The notes under the pieces were generated by a model, which was not told the DNA's origin, made no database searches, and saw only the letters and a program-made list of their open reading frames with translations. From Candidatus Poseidoniales archaeon (lineage in GTDB: Archaea; Thermoplasmatota; Poseidoniia; Poseidoniales; Thalassarchaeaceae): a stretch of 64,000 bases of DNA. Position 1 is the first letter of the stretch. Each line of letters begins with the position of its first letter. Location of the stretch: contig DTUF01000022.1 of NCBI GenBank assembly GCA_012964335.1, positions 30,195 to 94,194 of the forward strand, in the 5' to 3' direction. The position numbers and the translations under genes were made by a program. Positions 28,280 to 38,193 of the stretch are shown here, in pieces.

Positions 28280-29545
28280 ATGGCATTCAGAGACCATCTC
28301 GATGGAGCAGTCAAGATTGAATCAATAAACCCAATTAATGAGATGAGATTACTAATTGAGTCCAACCCAAACGATGTAATAATGTTCACCAGTGTCGATG
28401 GCGCAGTAGGCCATTCAGCAGCAGCAAATGTATGTCTTAGGGATAATATGGTAAATCAATTTGGCATTCAACCTGCGGAGTTACTCAACACTCTAGAATG
28501 GGCAATGAATAACCGTTCAGAACCTGTAAAGTATCAAGGGGATGCACCTGTATTAGAGAATTCCATTGAACCTGTAGACCTAGGAAAATTGCCAATTCCA
28601 CATCACTACCCGCAAGACCGAGGCCGTTACATGTCAGCCAGTATTATCATAGCCGAACACGCTGGATTACGCAATGTATCCTTTCACAGACAATTTGTAA
28701 GAGATAAAAATCACTTAGTTGCTCGCTTGGTTCCTCGTCACCTCAGAACCATGGTTGATGAAGCAAGAGCACAGGGTGAAAATGTAAACATTGCAATTGT
28801 TAACGGGGCTGACCCTTGCCTTCTTTTAGCTGCTGCAATGTCCTTTAACGAACCAATTGATGAGCTCACAGTAGCGTCCTCTTTGTATCAGAAATTCTAC
28901 GGCAATGCAATGCAAGTTATCACTTTAGAAAATGGTGTAACAGTACCAGCAGATGCTGAGTATGCAATGTGTGCAACTATTACTAGCGAAGATGATGATG
29001 AAGGGCCGTACATTGACATTACTGGGACCATTGATGATGTGCGCAAACAACCTGTCATTGAAGTTCACTCTATCCACCATCGGAACAATCCTATATTTCA
29101 TGCAATTTTACCCGCCTTAGGCGAACACCATGCACTAATGGGTCTCCCCCGCGCACCGACTATTTTCTCTAGTGTTTCAAAAGTGTGTGATTGCCGAGAT
29201 GTTGTAATGACATCTGGTGGCTCCGGTTGGCTTGCTGCAGTGGTTCAGATTGTACCACAATCTCCAGATGATGCTAAAGCAGCAATAATGGCTGCTTTTA
29301 GTGGACACCCATCTATGAAATCAGTAACAATTGTTGATACAGATATTAATCCAACAGACCCTGTTAGGGTTGAGTGGGCATTAATGACACGATGGCAACC
29401 AGATAAGGACACGGTAATTCTGAGTAATCAGCGAGGCAGTAGCCTTGACCCTACCAGAACTGAGGATGGATTGACTTCAAAAATTGGTTATGATGCTACC
29501 ATCCCATTTGGTAGTGATAAGAAACCATATACTTCTGTACTATAG
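28280..29545 (+). CDS. UbiD-family prFMN decarboxylase, probably anhydromevalonate phosphate decarboxylase
   Basis: RHL, EGPYIDITGT, T.GG.GWL.AVVQI, AAF.GHPSMK and GSSLDP resemble archaeal MJ1133/AMPD-type proteins. Confidence 0.8.
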   Translation: MAFRDHLDGAVKIESINPINEMRLLIESNPNDVIMFTSVDGAVGHSAAANVCLRDNMVNQFGIQPAELLNTLEWAMNNRSEPVKYQGDAPVLENSIEPVDLGKLPIPHHYPQDRGRYMSASIIIAEHAGLRNVSFHRQFVRDKNHLVARLVPRHLRTMVDEARAQGENVNIAIVNGADPCLLLAAAMSFNEPIDELTVASSLYQKFYGNAMQVITLENGVTVPADAEYAMCATITSEDDDEGPYIDITGTIDDVRKQPVIEVHSIHHRNNPIFHAILPALGEHHALMGLPRAPTIFSSVSKVCDCRDVVMTSGGSGWLAAVVQIVPQSPDDAKAAIMAAFSGHPSMKSVTIVDTDINPTDPVRVEWALMTRWQPDKDTVILSNQRGSSLDPTRTEDGLTSKIGYDATIPFGSDKKPYTSVL

Positions 29546-29595
29546 GTTACTCAATAATTGGGAAACTTCAATGGTGGCAACCATCAGAGCAGGCC

Positions 29596-30588
29596 ATGGC
29601 GAATAGTAGTGGCTCCTCATTACAACATCCTCGTCGTAGTCTAGGCAACAGACACCGGTCACAGGCCAAAAAGTTCCTTGCTTTAGCACAATCAACTCCC
29701 AAAATATCTGTTCAGAACTTAAAATGGGCAGAACAAAGTGCTCGACAAGCGGTGTTACATGATTTTACTCACGAAGAGAATTGGCGTCTATTAGCGGAGA
29801 TCAAAACATTAGCCGAAGACGAATTGGGTTTAAGAGCGGTTTTAGAAGATCTGTTTGCAGTATTAGGGAGAGACCCTGAACATTTACAACAGCTTGCAGA
29901 AGTAAATATGCTTGAACACGGTTTCTCATTGTTATCTGCATCGCTTACAGCAGACCCTCTTGACCCAGAGTATTGGGCACAATTAATATCTTCAGATTTT
30001 TTAGATGAATTAGAAAACAGATTCTTCCACTTAGATTTAAGCGACCCAAGAGCAAATGTATTGTTTGGAAGAAGATTAGAAAGGGTCAGAACTATTGATG
30101 AAGAATTATTTATTCGACTGGTTAGAAAATTACTCGCCCAGAGGCCTTTCAATCATGAAGCATGGATTGAACTAGGCCATTTACATGAGAAAAGACATGA
30201 ATATGACGAAGCATGGTTCTGTTACGACCAAGCCCAAACTCATTTCCCTCAAATTAATTCAAGAGATAAGTTCAGAACACGAATGGAGAAACGACTAGAT
30301 AGCCATGATTCTACATGGGCTAAGCCAGACAATAATAGCCGCGTTAGATTCCTAAAGAGAATGGAAGTTCTAGCTCTCAAAGTAGCAACTTCTACTGTTA
30401 GTGATGAAAAGATAGAATCTGAAGCAGAAGTCAATCTTGGAGATGAAGAAGAAAATATACGAACTTTATTAGAAAATGGAGAATATTCATCCGCATTCTT
30501 CCTAGCAAGAAGGTTAGTTACCAGCGGTGAAGAATGGGCAGCCACTTATCTTGCACAGGCCCAAGAACATCTTACTGATTCAACATAG
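29596..30588 (+). CDS. TPR-containing hypothetical protein
   Basis: PFNHEAWIELGHLHEKRHEYDEAWFCYDQA is a TPR; all-helical composition. Confidence 0.8.
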   Translation: MANSSGSSLQHPRRSLGNRHRSQAKKFLALAQSTPKISVQNLKWAEQSARQAVLHDFTHEENWRLLAEIKTLAEDELGLRAVLEDLFAVLGRDPEHLQQLAEVNMLEHGFSLLSASLTADPLDPEYWAQLISSDFLDELENRFFHLDLSDPRANVLFGRRLERVRTIDEELFIRLVRKLLAQRPFNHEAWIELGHLHEKRHEYDEAWFCYDQAQTHFPQINSRDKFRTRMEKRLDSHDSTWAKPDNNSRVRFLKRMEVLALKVATSTVSDEKIESEAEVNLGDEEENIRTLLENGEYSSAFFLARRLVTSGEEWAATYLAQAQEHLTDST

Positions 30589-31504
30589 TAAGGACAGTTG
30601 CATCGGTCACCTCACCTGATTCTAGTATTTTGCCACTAAAATTTTCCAATCCAATCGCTCTTTCTGCTTCTAACAAGACAGCAATATCTGGTCTAGATTC
30701 ACCCTCAAACCCAAGATTCCAGTTATCACTACACCAGTCAACAACTTCCTTTAGGTCATCAGGATGTGCCCGGCAGGGTGGGTTTTCCCCTAATTCCCTA
30801 GGTGCGGCATTGCTAACTACTTCTGACATTCTAGGTGCTGAAACATCAATATTTGTAAGGCTTAAATCCATCCAAATTAATGCTGATTGGTGTGCAGATT
30901 CAAGCATTTCATTGTTTGAGCATGATTTGAATGCAACCCAGGCATGGCGTTGACTTGAAACATAATCCCCAAGTTCAAAAAGGATGCAAGAAATTTGTAA
31001 TCTACTAGTAGCAATTATCGGTTCTTTATGTGGCCCTTCTCTGTTAATATCTGAAAGAATTGCTAATGCCATAATACCTTCATTACGTGATGTGTGCCAT
31101 TCAGCGAGATTTAGGGTTGCAATTCCGTGGGCAATGCTTCCTTCCTCAAGTGCCTTTAATCGCTCCATAGCCCATCGTAAGTCAATTCCAGCCTGCTCTT
31201 CTTCACCAGCAGTAAAACGCAATAATCCCCATTCCATCCGTGCTCGAGCTTCAAGAGTATGATTGCGTTCAGTAGAACTACGACTTGCTTCAACACAATC
31301 TTTCAGATAATTTTGAGCATTATCGAACTCATTGTTCATTTGAGAAAAACGGAATTTGACGAAACAACATTCAGCATCAGAAAGCAAAGTTTGAATTTTC
31401 AGAGAAAATTTTTCATCACCAGCAATCATTGCAGCCTCTGCTAGCCCCAATTTGTCACTGAATTCCTGTATTGTTCCTTCAGATAAAGGATCAACACATT
31501 GCAT
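30572..31504 (-). CDS. hypothetical TPR-like helical repeat protein
   Basis: Long ORF (opens at 31642, overlapping DHH gene; start uncertain, ATG 31504 chosen); A/L/W-rich helical repeats; last gene of the exosome operon run. Confidence 0.7.
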   Translation of the reverse strand: MQCVDPLSEGTIQEFSDKLGLAEAAMIAGDEKFSLKIQTLLSDAECCFVKFRFSQMNNEFDNAQNYLKDCVEASRSSTERNHTLEARARMEWGLLRFTAGEEEQAGIDLRWAMERLKALEEGSIAHGIATLNLAEWHTSRNEGIMALAILSDINREGPHKEPIIATSRLQISCILFELGDYVSSQRHAWVAFKSCSNNEMLESAHQSALIWMDLSLTNIDVSAPRMSEVVSNAAPRELGENPPCRAHPDDLKEVVDWCSDNWNLGFEGESRPDIAVLLEAERAIGLENFSGKILESGEVTDATVLTMLNQ

Positions 31505-31532
31505 CTCATACAATTCGAATGCCGTGGTTACT

Positions 31533-32519
31533 TCAATCCCTCCTAATACCTGAGAGAGAGGAAATGAACCCAGAACGTGCAGTGATAGTTGGTACATCTC
31601 CAGACCATCCAGCAGCGCCAGAATGGCCGCCACCTTCACCACCTAATGTTGTGCATAATTCTGACATAATATTTCCAAGGTGAATTCCTGCGTTAACAGC
31701 AGTTCTACTAGCTCTACCAATTAATCTAGTCTCATTTTCTGCTCTCCTCACAACCAAAGCCACATCGGCTCCTGCTGCTAATAGTGAATGAGCTACAATC
31801 CCCTCATTGGTACTCCCTTTTGTGTGGAGGAGAAACCATTCACCAGCATCTATTGATTCTAACCTAGAAAGGGCTTTTGCAATAGCCATTTTTTGAGAGT
31901 GATTCAACTCCTCCTTTTCTATAGATTCGATAAATGTCGCATAATCAAGTGAATATTTGTTAATTAATTCTCCAGCCGCGATGAATGAACCACCATTTGC
32001 ATGTTTAAATCGGCCTGTATCTGTAATGATTCCAGCTAACAATAATGTTGCAGATTTCTCGTCCATGGCCAAATCAAATTGTTGGGCATACATATGAATT
32101 ATTTCCGTTGTAGAACTAACTTCCCAACAGATAAGCAGGTCTGTCTCGTTCCAATCAGTACCCCCTTGATGATGGTCAATTACACAAACAGGTATTCCTT
32201 CGGGGAATTGTAAACCTGTTTGTGAGTATGAAGCACAATCTACAACAATTATTCCCGCTAGTGTTCGTGGCCACATAGGTTTATTTGAATCCATTAAATG
32301 AAACGAACCACCAACTTGCTCTAGTACTCTTTTTGCAACCTTTGAAACATGTAACCCGCAGGCTTTTGCCGCTGGTCCTATCAAGGATGCTAGGCAAACC
32401 GCAGACCCAATGGTATCCATATCCCCATTTTTATGGGCAACTATAGCTATTGCACCATCATTTGACTTCTGTCTAACCCATTGATGTAACTGGGTGAGGT
32501 CATTTTCGGAAATTTTCAC
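31533..32519 (-). CDS. DHH family phosphoesterase (NrnA-like)
   Basis: HKNGDMD, VVD, IDHH, TDTGRF and GGGHSGAAG motifs. Confidence 0.93.
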   Translation of the reverse strand: MKISENDLTQLHQWVRQKSNDGAIAIVAHKNGDMDTIGSAVCLASLIGPAAKACGLHVSKVAKRVLEQVGGSFHLMDSNKPMWPRTLAGIIVVDCASYSQTGLQFPEGIPVCVIDHHQGGTDWNETDLLICWEVSSTTEIIHMYAQQFDLAMDEKSATLLLAGIITDTGRFKHANGGSFIAAGELINKYSLDYATFIESIEKEELNHSQKMAIAKALSRLESIDAGEWFLLHTKGSTNEGIVAHSLLAAGADVALVVRRAENETRLIGRASRTAVNAGIHLGNIMSELCTTLGGEGGGHSGAAGWSGDVPTITARSGFISSLSGIRRD

Positions 32520-32839
32520 TATGAACCCTCAAACTGTTTTACCATCTGGTCGTATTGAGTTCGCAGGGTTTCTTCTTGATCTACTAACCTTTGTTCGTGT
32601 TCTTTCAGTGTCGTAATAGTCTTCTCAATGTCCTCGGATAATTTTCCCCTATCACTCACCTCTAGCAAAAGTGGACCGGATTGGCGATAAACCGCTCTGT
32701 CCTCTTCCTGTGTTGATAGGTGTTCAAGAGTGGCTTCAAGTTCCTTAATTTGGCCACTGACTGAGGCTACTTGTTGTGCTGAACTCTGTAATTCAGCCAC
32801 AACCATCTGCAATCTTTGGCGGATATCTTCTGTCACCAT
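32519..32839 (-). CDS. pfdB: prefoldin beta subunit
   Basis: Coiled coil with central VYRQSGPLLLE; canonical operon position. Confidence 0.9.
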   Translation of the reverse strand: MVTEDIRQRLQMVVAELQSSAQQVASVSGQIKELEATLEHLSTQEEDRAVYRQSGPLLLEVSDRGKLSEDIEKTITTLKEHEQRLVDQEETLRTQYDQMVKQFEGS

Positions 32840-32854
32840 CTCAATCCCTCATCT

Positions 32855-33103
32855 TCATCGGCTGCGGTTGACCTCAATAAGGGCCTCGGATGCAGCTTGG
32901 ATAGACCTAAGCGTGGTATTGAGTCGGGCTCTGAGGTCTGAAATGTTTTCAGCAGTTACTCGAACAGACAAAGAGGATGAATGGGTTTCAATCCCAACAT
33001 CTTCAGTTACTAAAGCAGCCGCTAATGCATTAACATCAACAGTTTGACTGAGAATGAGTGTGGCACTGCAGACATCACTCTTCTTCGCTACCATCATCAC
33101 CAT
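32855..33103 (-). CDS. pcc1: KEOPS complex subunit Pcc1
   Basis: V.AENISDLRARLNTTLRSI motif; position between rpl37ae and pfdB. Confidence 0.8.
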   Translation of the reverse strand: MVMMVAKKSDVCSATLILSQTVDVNALAAALVTEDVGIETHSSSLSVRVTAENISDLRARLNTTLRSIQAASEALIEVNRSR

Positions 33104-33482
33104 CTCCTTCGGTGGTAATCTCTGCTAGTGGAGCATCTTCATCTTCTTCATTAAGAGCGCGCTCATATTCTATGGCAGCATTTTGTGCTATCAATGCCAT
33201 ATCGGTTGCAGTTGCTCCTTCAACGGAACGGCGTACAATCCTATTATTTGCATCAGATGCACGAGTAAATGGTTGCCATACTCCACCTGCAAATGTGTGA
33301 CCACACTTACGGCAAGCCCATATCCCAGGAGATTCGCGTCTAACCTTTTGATATTGACACACTGGGCAAGAATACTCTCTCTTCACCTTTCTTAGTGCGG
33401 ATGAGGCTCTGCGTCGGACACTAACACCGTATCTTGCGCCGAATCTTGCTTCGAGTCCTGCTTTCTTAGTTCGCTTTGCCAT
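33075..33482 (-). CDS. rpl37ae: 50S ribosomal protein L37Ae (eL43) with acidic C-terminal extension
   Basis: RFGARYG, CPVC and GIWACRKCGHTFAGG motifs. Confidence 0.95.
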   Translation of the reverse strand: MAKRTKKAGLEARFGARYGVSVRRRASSALRKVKREYSCPVCQYQKVRRESPGIWACRKCGHTFAGGVWQPFTRASDANNRIVRRSVEGATATDMALIAQNAAIEYERALNEEDEDAPLAEITTEGDGDDGSEEE

Positions 33483-33491
33483 ACAAACACC

Positions 33492-34271
33492 TCACATTGA
33501 ATCAACTAATTTTCTCAACTCGGAACATCGAACCTTAGCCGCTTCCATGATTTCTACAAATTCGCTCGCCGTGAACACTCCCTTTAATCCCTTCTGCAAA
33601 GAGTGAACGTGGTCACCTTCCCCAAGAGTGATGTGAATTCTCTCATCGCCCCCAACTTCCTCTTCTCTGTTAGAGTCATACACGAACCTACCGCCTACTT
33701 TCTGGTAAGAGCACATGATTGGTGTTTTGTTAACTGGGAATTTTCTATCTTCGCCAATATCAAACCGTTCACCAGGAAGGGTCGCATTGTGAAGCGCAGC
33801 AATCGCAGCCAATCCAAATGCATCGAATAAATTTCCGTCATCGCTGATTGCAAAACAATCGATGATTACCTGCCAAACTTTTTCGCCAGGAATAATGCAC
33901 AAATCTTTGGTGTCAATGCAACCTGATTCCCGAATTCCTCGGTCTACTACTCTACTCATCTCTATGCTTTCTGGACTTGGTGGTCCTGGTTCGATGTGAC
34001 GGCCGGCTCCTGGCCTCAATTCAGCACTTGTCATGAGTCCGCCTTCGTCAGGTCGATCAGGATAAGGGGTTTGAATTTGGAATTTTATCCCACAGAATAC
34101 GATGGTATCTCCCATCTGCACTCTTGCACTACCTTCTGCGCGGTCAAGAACTCCAACTTCCAAAGAAAGCTCTCGTCCTTCCCATCGACCACGGCCATCT
34201 GCTCTTTGGTCTCTTGATGCTAGTTCGGCGAGGTGGGTTCGTAGCAATTCAGGAACTAGGGGTTGAGCCAT
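33492..34271 (-). CDS. rrp42: exosome complex component Rrp42
   Basis: RADGR, AEGSA.V, PYPDRP.EG, RVVDRGIRES and DDGNLFDA motifs; ATG 34271 coupled to rrp41 stop. Confidence 0.95.
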   Translation of the reverse strand: MAQPLVPELLRTHLAELASRDQRADGRGRWEGRELSLEVGVLDRAEGSARVQMGDTIVFCGIKFQIQTPYPDRPDEGGLMTSAELRPGAGRHIEPGPPSPESIEMSRVVDRGIRESGCIDTKDLCIIPGEKVWQVIIDCFAISDDGNLFDAFGLAAIAALHNATLPGERFDIGEDRKFPVNKTPIMCSYQKVGGRFVYDSNREEEVGGDERIHITLGEGDHVHSLQKGLKGVFTASEFVEIMEAAKVRCSELRKLVDSM

Positions 34272-35002
34272 TATTGCCCACCTCCGTATTTCTTCGCAAT
34301 TGCTTCCTTCATCAATACATGAATTTTGAGTGCGGCCTCCATATTGTAATCCCAAGCCTCTTGGAATTCAGAAGGTGATAGGTCTCCATCCATTTGTAGA
34401 AATACAAGTTCTCCACTGTTTGGGAGGACGCCCATTGGTAAATCCGCTGCCCCGTAATTATCTTCTTCCTTATTCAAGTCACAGACTACAATTCCGTTGA
34501 TTTTCCCGCTAGCCACGCTGACTACCATGTCTGTCATTGGTATACCAGCATCTGCTAGAGCAAGCGATGCAGCTGTCAACCCAACACAACGTGTTCCGGC
34601 TTCAGCACAAATCACTTCAATTTCAACTCGTATTTTACTTCGTGGATAAAGTTCCAGTAATACAACGGATTCCAAAGCATCTGATGTGACTTTACTAATC
34701 TCTCGGCTACGTCTGTTGAAACCTGGACGGAATCGGTCTGTTGTTGAGAAAGGGGCCATATTGTAACGAACGTCAAGAACCGCTCGTTCTTGGCGTTGAA
34801 TCTTCCTAGGGTGTGCTTCCATCGGGCCGTAAACTGAGGCGATTACGTAATTAGTACCCCAGCGCATACTAGCAGAACCGTCTGCCACTGGAACTACGCC
34901 TAGTTCAATTTCTATAGGGCGTATATCACCTGCTTTCCGGCCATCAACCCGATTGCCATTCTCATCTATCATTTGGACGTCACTGTATCCCATTTTCATC
35001 AC
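34271..35002 (-). CDS. rrp41: exosome complex exonuclease Rrp41
   Basis: RVDGR, ADGSA, YNMAPFS, RRSREISKV, AGTR and DLNKEED motifs. Confidence 0.97.
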   Translation of the reverse strand: MMKMGYSDVQMIDENGNRVDGRKAGDIRPIEIELGVVPVADGSASMRWGTNYVIASVYGPMEAHPRKIQRQERAVLDVRYNMAPFSTTDRFRPGFNRRSREISKVTSDALESVVLLELYPRSKIRVEIEVICAEAGTRCVGLTAASLALADAGIPMTDMVVSVASGKINGIVVCDLNKEEDNYGAADLPMGVLPNSGELVFLQMDGDLSPSEFQEAWDYNMEAALKIHVLMKEAIAKKYGGGQ

Positions 35003-35703
35003 TCTCCATTTCCATTTGCTAGATGGCTAGCAAAAGCGCCAGCCAAATCTGTTGAATGTTCATTGTCTCGCACGAATGCCAATGCATTTCGTACTATTCG
35101 AATCCCCTCTGGTTCACCATCAACCCAAATTCTACCGTTTGCACCTAAGATTATCCTGCAATTGCTTGCGTCCTTAAGTTGGTTAATGATAGCATTTGAA
35201 CCACTGGAAATACTTCCGACAAGGTGTGGTGGTATTGTGTCAACGAATCCTGAGTTGACCTTCCTTAATCCCATACCTTTCATTGTTACAACAGAAGAAT
35301 GTGCCTCATCTACTTCTTGAACCCGGCATAAAATTGTGGTGCCGACATTCATTGCATCTCGAGTCCCTCCATAATCAATCTTCATCGGAGCCAAACTCAT
35401 AGGCAGGATTGCATTGAATGGTGCATTCAAGTCAATAAACCAGATATTAGATCTCATGCCTTCAATGTAGGCAATTACTAAATCACCTGGTCTAGGGAAG
35501 TAAGCAGTATGGATTGGAGTGATAGAAATTTCTCCGGCTTTTACAACCACATAACCAAGTTTGGTTGCAATCATTTCACCGTTCAATTTAATGACACCAT
35601 GACCAAGTCGGTCATTTGTATCTGAACTAATTTTATCGCCGGGTATCACCAGGCTGCCGGATGCAGCCGAAGTGCGCCCATCCGAGGCGCCACTACTACT
35701 CAT
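34999..35703 (-). CDS. rrp4: exosome RNA-binding protein Rrp4
   Basis: LVIPGD, YFPRPGDLVI and GANGRIW (S1+KH); ATG 35703 with SD GGAG. Confidence 0.93.
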   Translation of the reverse strand: MSSSGASDGRTSAASGSLVIPGDKISSDTNDRLGHGVIKLNGEMIATKLGYVVVKAGEISITPIHTAYFPRPGDLVIAYIEGMRSNIWFIDLNAPFNAILPMSLAPMKIDYGGTRDAMNVGTTILCRVQEVDEAHSSVVTMKGMGLRKVNSGFVDTIPPHLVGSISSGSNAIINQLKDASNCRIILGANGRIWVDGEPEGIRIVRNALAFVRDNEHSTDLAGAFASHLANGNGE

Positions 35704-35775
35704 ATTTCTTCTCCGAGCCGGCCGACCGGACCATCCTCTATAACCGTTGCATAGCAAAAGGGTAATTGGGTTGGT

Positions 35776-36465
35776 TCACTTCATCTCTTTAACCACAACA
35801 TCTGAGGCTCTTTTCCCTACCTTAGCGATATAATCATTTTTCATCCCAGCAGGTATCTCTACTGTAAATGCCCAATCACCATTGGGCAACCAATCTTCAC
35901 GAAGGACATCTTCTCGAACTAAAGCAAAAACTGAACCATAATTGGTTCCTCCAACTTTGAACGCTAACTTGATGGTAGTAAACGAAATAGGAATAAGTTC
36001 CCTTATCATTGCGACAGCATCTTTGACTTGTTTTTCAACCGATTTGAACGGGTCGGCTTTGAATCTAGCTTCAATAAGAGCATTCTTAACTCTTTGAGGA
36101 GGATGTGGAAGTTTTGTTTGGGGATCAATTCCTAGCATACAAATGTCTGCGATCACCTGTCTTGTTTTCTCTTCTATCATCTTTTTCCGTTGGTCAGTAG
36201 TAAGTTGAATACTCCCTTCTAGGATGATTTTTTCTACACATGGTCCCAGTTCTGTTGTCCCAAACACGCCTTCCAATTTGTCACTGGTTGGTCTCTCCCC
36301 ATTCTTGACATCATGCCAAACTTCGTCAGTTGCCAATAAATCATCAAGTTCGATACTAGTTTGGTCATCTTTCCATTGGCGAACCAAGTCGGGATCTACC
36401 AACACTTCATACCGTTTCCCACCTTTCTCTAGACGGGCAATTACGGCGTCATCCATACTGACCAT
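35776..36465 (-). CDS. ribosome maturation factor SBDS/Sdo1
   Basis: AVIARL...GKRYEVLVDP, IQLTTDQR and DPQTKLPHPPQR motifs. Confidence 0.95.
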   Translation of the reverse strand: MVSMDDAVIARLEKGGKRYEVLVDPDLVRQWKDDQTSIELDDLLATDEVWHDVKNGERPTSDKLEGVFGTTELGPCVEKIILEGSIQLTTDQRKKMIEEKTRQVIADICMLGIDPQTKLPHPPQRVKNALIEARFKADPFKSVEKQVKDAVAMIRELIPISFTTIKLAFKVGGTNYGSVFALVREDVLREDWLPNGDWAFTVEIPAGMKNDYIAKVGKRASDVVVKEMK

Positions 36466-36521
36466 GAAGGCTGCTCCAAACTAAGCGAGTAGGGAGGATA
36501 CGCATAGCATCTTCGCAATAA

Positions 36522-37244
36522 TCACTCTTCATTTGGTGGTAACTTGTCAATATAGACTATGGTTTCTTCTTGATCCATCAATCTGAAACCATCTTTATTG
36601 AGAACTGCAATTTGTACTGCATTCTTGTTTAAATCTTCTTCCAAAGATGAGCGAAGTGCTTCTAATCCAAGTTTAATAGCTGCATTTTGAGTCATGTTCT
36701 TCCTCCATTTACTCTCAAAATATTCTACTACTGCATTTCTTCCTCTACCGACTGCCCCTGCGTGATAAGATTGGTATGCCCCACTAGGATCCGTCTCGTA
36801 TAGGTGAATACCATTGTCATCTACACCGGCGATTAAAAGTGCTGTTCCAAATGGCCTTGTGCCACCATACTGGGTGAATGACTGCTTGAAATTGCAGATT
36901 TTCTTTGTCAGAATATCAACTGGCACTTTGTCACTATAGGTAATCCGATTAATTTGACATTCTGCACGAGCCCTAGCAACCAATTGTCGGGCATCAGCTA
37001 CAAGTCCTGATGTCGCGAACCCTATGTGATCATCTATTTTGTAGACTTTGTCAATGGACTCGGGGATAATTAATCGACTAGCAATTCGTTTGTCAACAAT
37101 CAATAATACCCCACCTCGGTACTTCAATCCTACAGTTGTAGTTCCTCTTTTTACAGACTCTCTTGCATATTCAACTTGAAACAATCGGCCATCAGGGCTG
37201 AATGTTGTGATTCCGTGGTCGTATCCTCTTCCGCTTGGTTGCAT
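36522..37244 (-). CDS. psmA: proteasome alpha subunit
   Basis: YDHGITTFSPDGRLFQVEYA, GLVADAR, RPFG and TDPSG motifs. Confidence 0.98.
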   Translation of the reverse strand: MQPSGRGYDHGITTFSPDGRLFQVEYARESVKRGTTTVGLKYRGGVLLIVDKRIASRLIIPESIDKVYKIDDHIGFATSGLVADARQLVARARAECQINRITYSDKVPVDILTKKICNFKQSFTQYGGTRPFGTALLIAGVDDNGIHLYETDPSGAYQSYHAGAVGRGRNAVVEYFESKWRKNMTQNAAIKLGLEALRSSLEEDLNKNAVQIAVLNKDGFRLMDQEETIVYIDKLPPNEE

Positions 37245-37355
37245 CTGCTCACCTAAGCCCCGCTGTTGGACGGACTCTTATGAACCTTGAGAACCGTCAT
37301 AAACAATCTAATGCATCGCCCACTTCTTTTTCACCAACCACATCATCCGACATTC

Positions 37356-38138
37356 ATGCGGGTCATTGTACTGTCTTCTGGAGGAAAAGATTCGTGTTAC
37401 GCGGTTTGGTGGGCTTTGATGAAAGGTTGGAAAGTTTGTGGCATCGTCACCATCAACATTACTGGAGATGATTCAATGATGTTCCAAGTTCCAGCAACAT
37501 CGATTGCTGGATTACAAGCTAGTTCAGGTGGTATCCCATGGTTCCAAGTGAATGTAGAGGGAGATGAAGAGACTGAAATTGAAGAACTTGAGTCTAAATT
37601 GAGACCAATCTTTGATGGAACTAACAACCCAATTCCTCAACAAATTTGGACGACTGATGAGTTTGAAGAAGTTTGTAACTTTAATGTTAATCTCACCCAA
37701 CCGATAGTAAAACTTGTTCCTGGCCAAACAATAGATGCAATTGTAACAGGTGCATTACGAAGTGATTACCAAAAAACTAGAATTGAACAAATGGCACAAC
37801 GTCTTGGAATCAAATCTTTCTGTCCATTATGGCACCATAATCCATTGAACCACATGCGGGACCTCGTTAACCACGGATTTGAATTATTATTTTGTTCGGT
37901 TTCATGTGATGGATTAAATGAAGATTGGATTGGAAAAAAATTAGACATGAGTAGTTTAGCGGAATTAGAACTACTGGCTGAAAAGAACCGTTTTTCCATT
38001 GATGGTGAAGGCGGGGAATTTGAAACTACTGTCCTAAACAGCCCGTGGATGAATAGAAGAATATCCATCAACGGAGACACTGTTTGGTCTGGTCAGCGGG
38101 GTTATTTATCGATTAACGAAGCTACTTTTGATGAATAA
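37356..38138 (+). CDS. diphthine--ammonia ligase (Dph6, PP-loop)
   Basis: SSGGKDS, GAL.SDYQKTR, PLW and GEGGEFET motifs; ATG 37356 chosen. Confidence 0.9.
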   Translation: MRVIVLSSGGKDSCYAVWWALMKGWKVCGIVTINITGDDSMMFQVPATSIAGLQASSGGIPWFQVNVEGDEETEIEELESKLRPIFDGTNNPIPQQIWTTDEFEEVCNFNVNLTQPIVKLVPGQTIDAIVTGALRSDYQKTRIEQMAQRLGIKSFCPLWHHNPLNHMRDLVNHGFELLFCSVSCDGLNEDWIGKKLDMSSLAELELLAEKNRFSIDGEGGEFETTVLNSPWMNRRISINGDTVWSGQRGYLSINEATFDE

Positions 38139-38193
38139 GGTGGGCGTTATGCTCAAACCAAAAGCCCGTCTCGGCCGGACTGAGGATACCTGA

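Noticed and set aside
31505-31642. Long overlap between the DHH gene and the downstream ORF
   Set aside because: Artefact of the most-upstream start choice; a start near 31504 removes it
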